Shown here piece by piece: positions 63,115 to 64,000 of a stretch of DNA of 64,000 nucleotides. Positions within the stretch are counted from its first letter, which is position 1. Each line of letters opens with the position of its first letter. The position numbers and the translations under genes are program-made. The notes under the pieces were generated by a model. That model was given only the letters and a program-made list of their open reading frames with translations, was not told where the DNA came from and searched no databases. Source of the DNA: Mobula birostris (lineage: Eukaryota); the NCBI RefSeq assembly GCF_030028105.1, contig NC_092381.1, positions 46,291,474 to 46,355,473 on the forward strand, read 5' to 3'.

Positions 63115-64000
63115 GCAGATTAACCCTACTGTAAGAAGATAAAATTGATGCTTTTTATGGTTGGAAATGTTATTAACCCAATTAGAAAAAAAATGCAGGC
63201 TGGCTATAAATTGAACCTTAATAAGAGTGAACTCTTTTCTTTAAATATGCAGGTTCCAATTTATAGATGTTCACCATTCAGAATGGTTATTGATTACTTA
63301 TCTGGGTGTTAAAAATACTAAGAAACATAAGGATTTATTTAAGCATAATTTCTTTAATTGATCAGGTTGAACAATTGTTTATTAAATGGTCCCCATTGTT
63401 TCTATCAATGCTTGGTCGAATTAATGCTATTAAGATGATTGTCCTACCTAAATTTTTATACTTGTTTCAAGCATCACCAATTTTCATTTCTAAATTCTTT
63501 TTTGATACTTTAGGTTCTAAAATTTCTTCATATATATGGTAAAATAAAAATCCTAGATTAAGTGAAAAATATTTACAGAAGTCTAAAAAGGATGGTGGTT
63601 TAGCATTGCCAAATTTTAGACTTTACTATTGGGCAATTAATATTTGATATTTAATATTTTGGACACAAGATTTGGATATAACTTTAAGTCCACAATGGAT
63701 AAATCTGGAATGTGAATCCGTACAAGGGTTTTCTCTGACTTCCATTTTAGGGACTTTCTAAATTAAATAAACAAATAGTTAATCCAATAATCAAACATAC
63801 ACTACGAATATGGTAAATTTTTTGGTTTGAACGGATTTATTTTATCAAGCCCTATTTAACTTTTTCTTTCAACCACCTGTTATAGATCAAGCTTTGTTGG
63901 TATGGAAAATGAAAGGTATATTAAGCTTTTGTGATTTATTTTTGGATGGCTGTTTTATGCCTTTTGAACAGTTATCTAATAAATATTTGCCTAGATCTCA
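63115..64000 (+). mobile_element. L1-clade LINE ORF2 fragment (fish L1/Swimmer-like)
   Basis: LGRINAIKMIVLPKFLYLFQ...GGLALPNFRLYYWA. Confidence 0.8.

Overview
This is eukaryotic vertebrate genomic DNA, not prokaryotic. The repeat complement (CR1/HER1-type LINEs, V-SINE-like SINEs, many Penelope-like 3' ends) suggests a cartilaginous fish, probably a ray; that assignment is inference. Three spliced host genes are present. PRPF38A (minus) has coding exons 1-5 at 10876-2400 and continues off the left edge. ORC1 (plus) is complete: 16 coding exons at 17268-53507, 2553 nt, 850 aa. CC2D1B (plus) contributes its first coding exon at 59011-59076. The order PRPF38A<->ORC1->CC2D1B matches the human order as I recall it, but the head-to-head ATGs are about 6.4 kb apart and separated by transposons. 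Introns hold Rex1/Babar, CR1, RTE and L1 LINEs, Penelope-like (PLE) fragments, Tc1, Tigger and hAT transposons, and SINEs. The best candidate for a little-described system is a family of short PLE-derived insertions. They carry a minimal hammerhead ribozyme (one intact copy, 7332-7369), often have an inverted 5' arm, and are repeatedly flanked by 11-14 bp target-site duplications. Other leads are CTCF-like and ZNF143-like motifs at the split promoter, a TE-borne CTCF consensus, 4-nt tandem splice donors in ORC1 that create premature stops, and a young tRNA-derived SINE with a 20-bp TSD. All calls were made by eye, and boundaries of old repeats are approximate.
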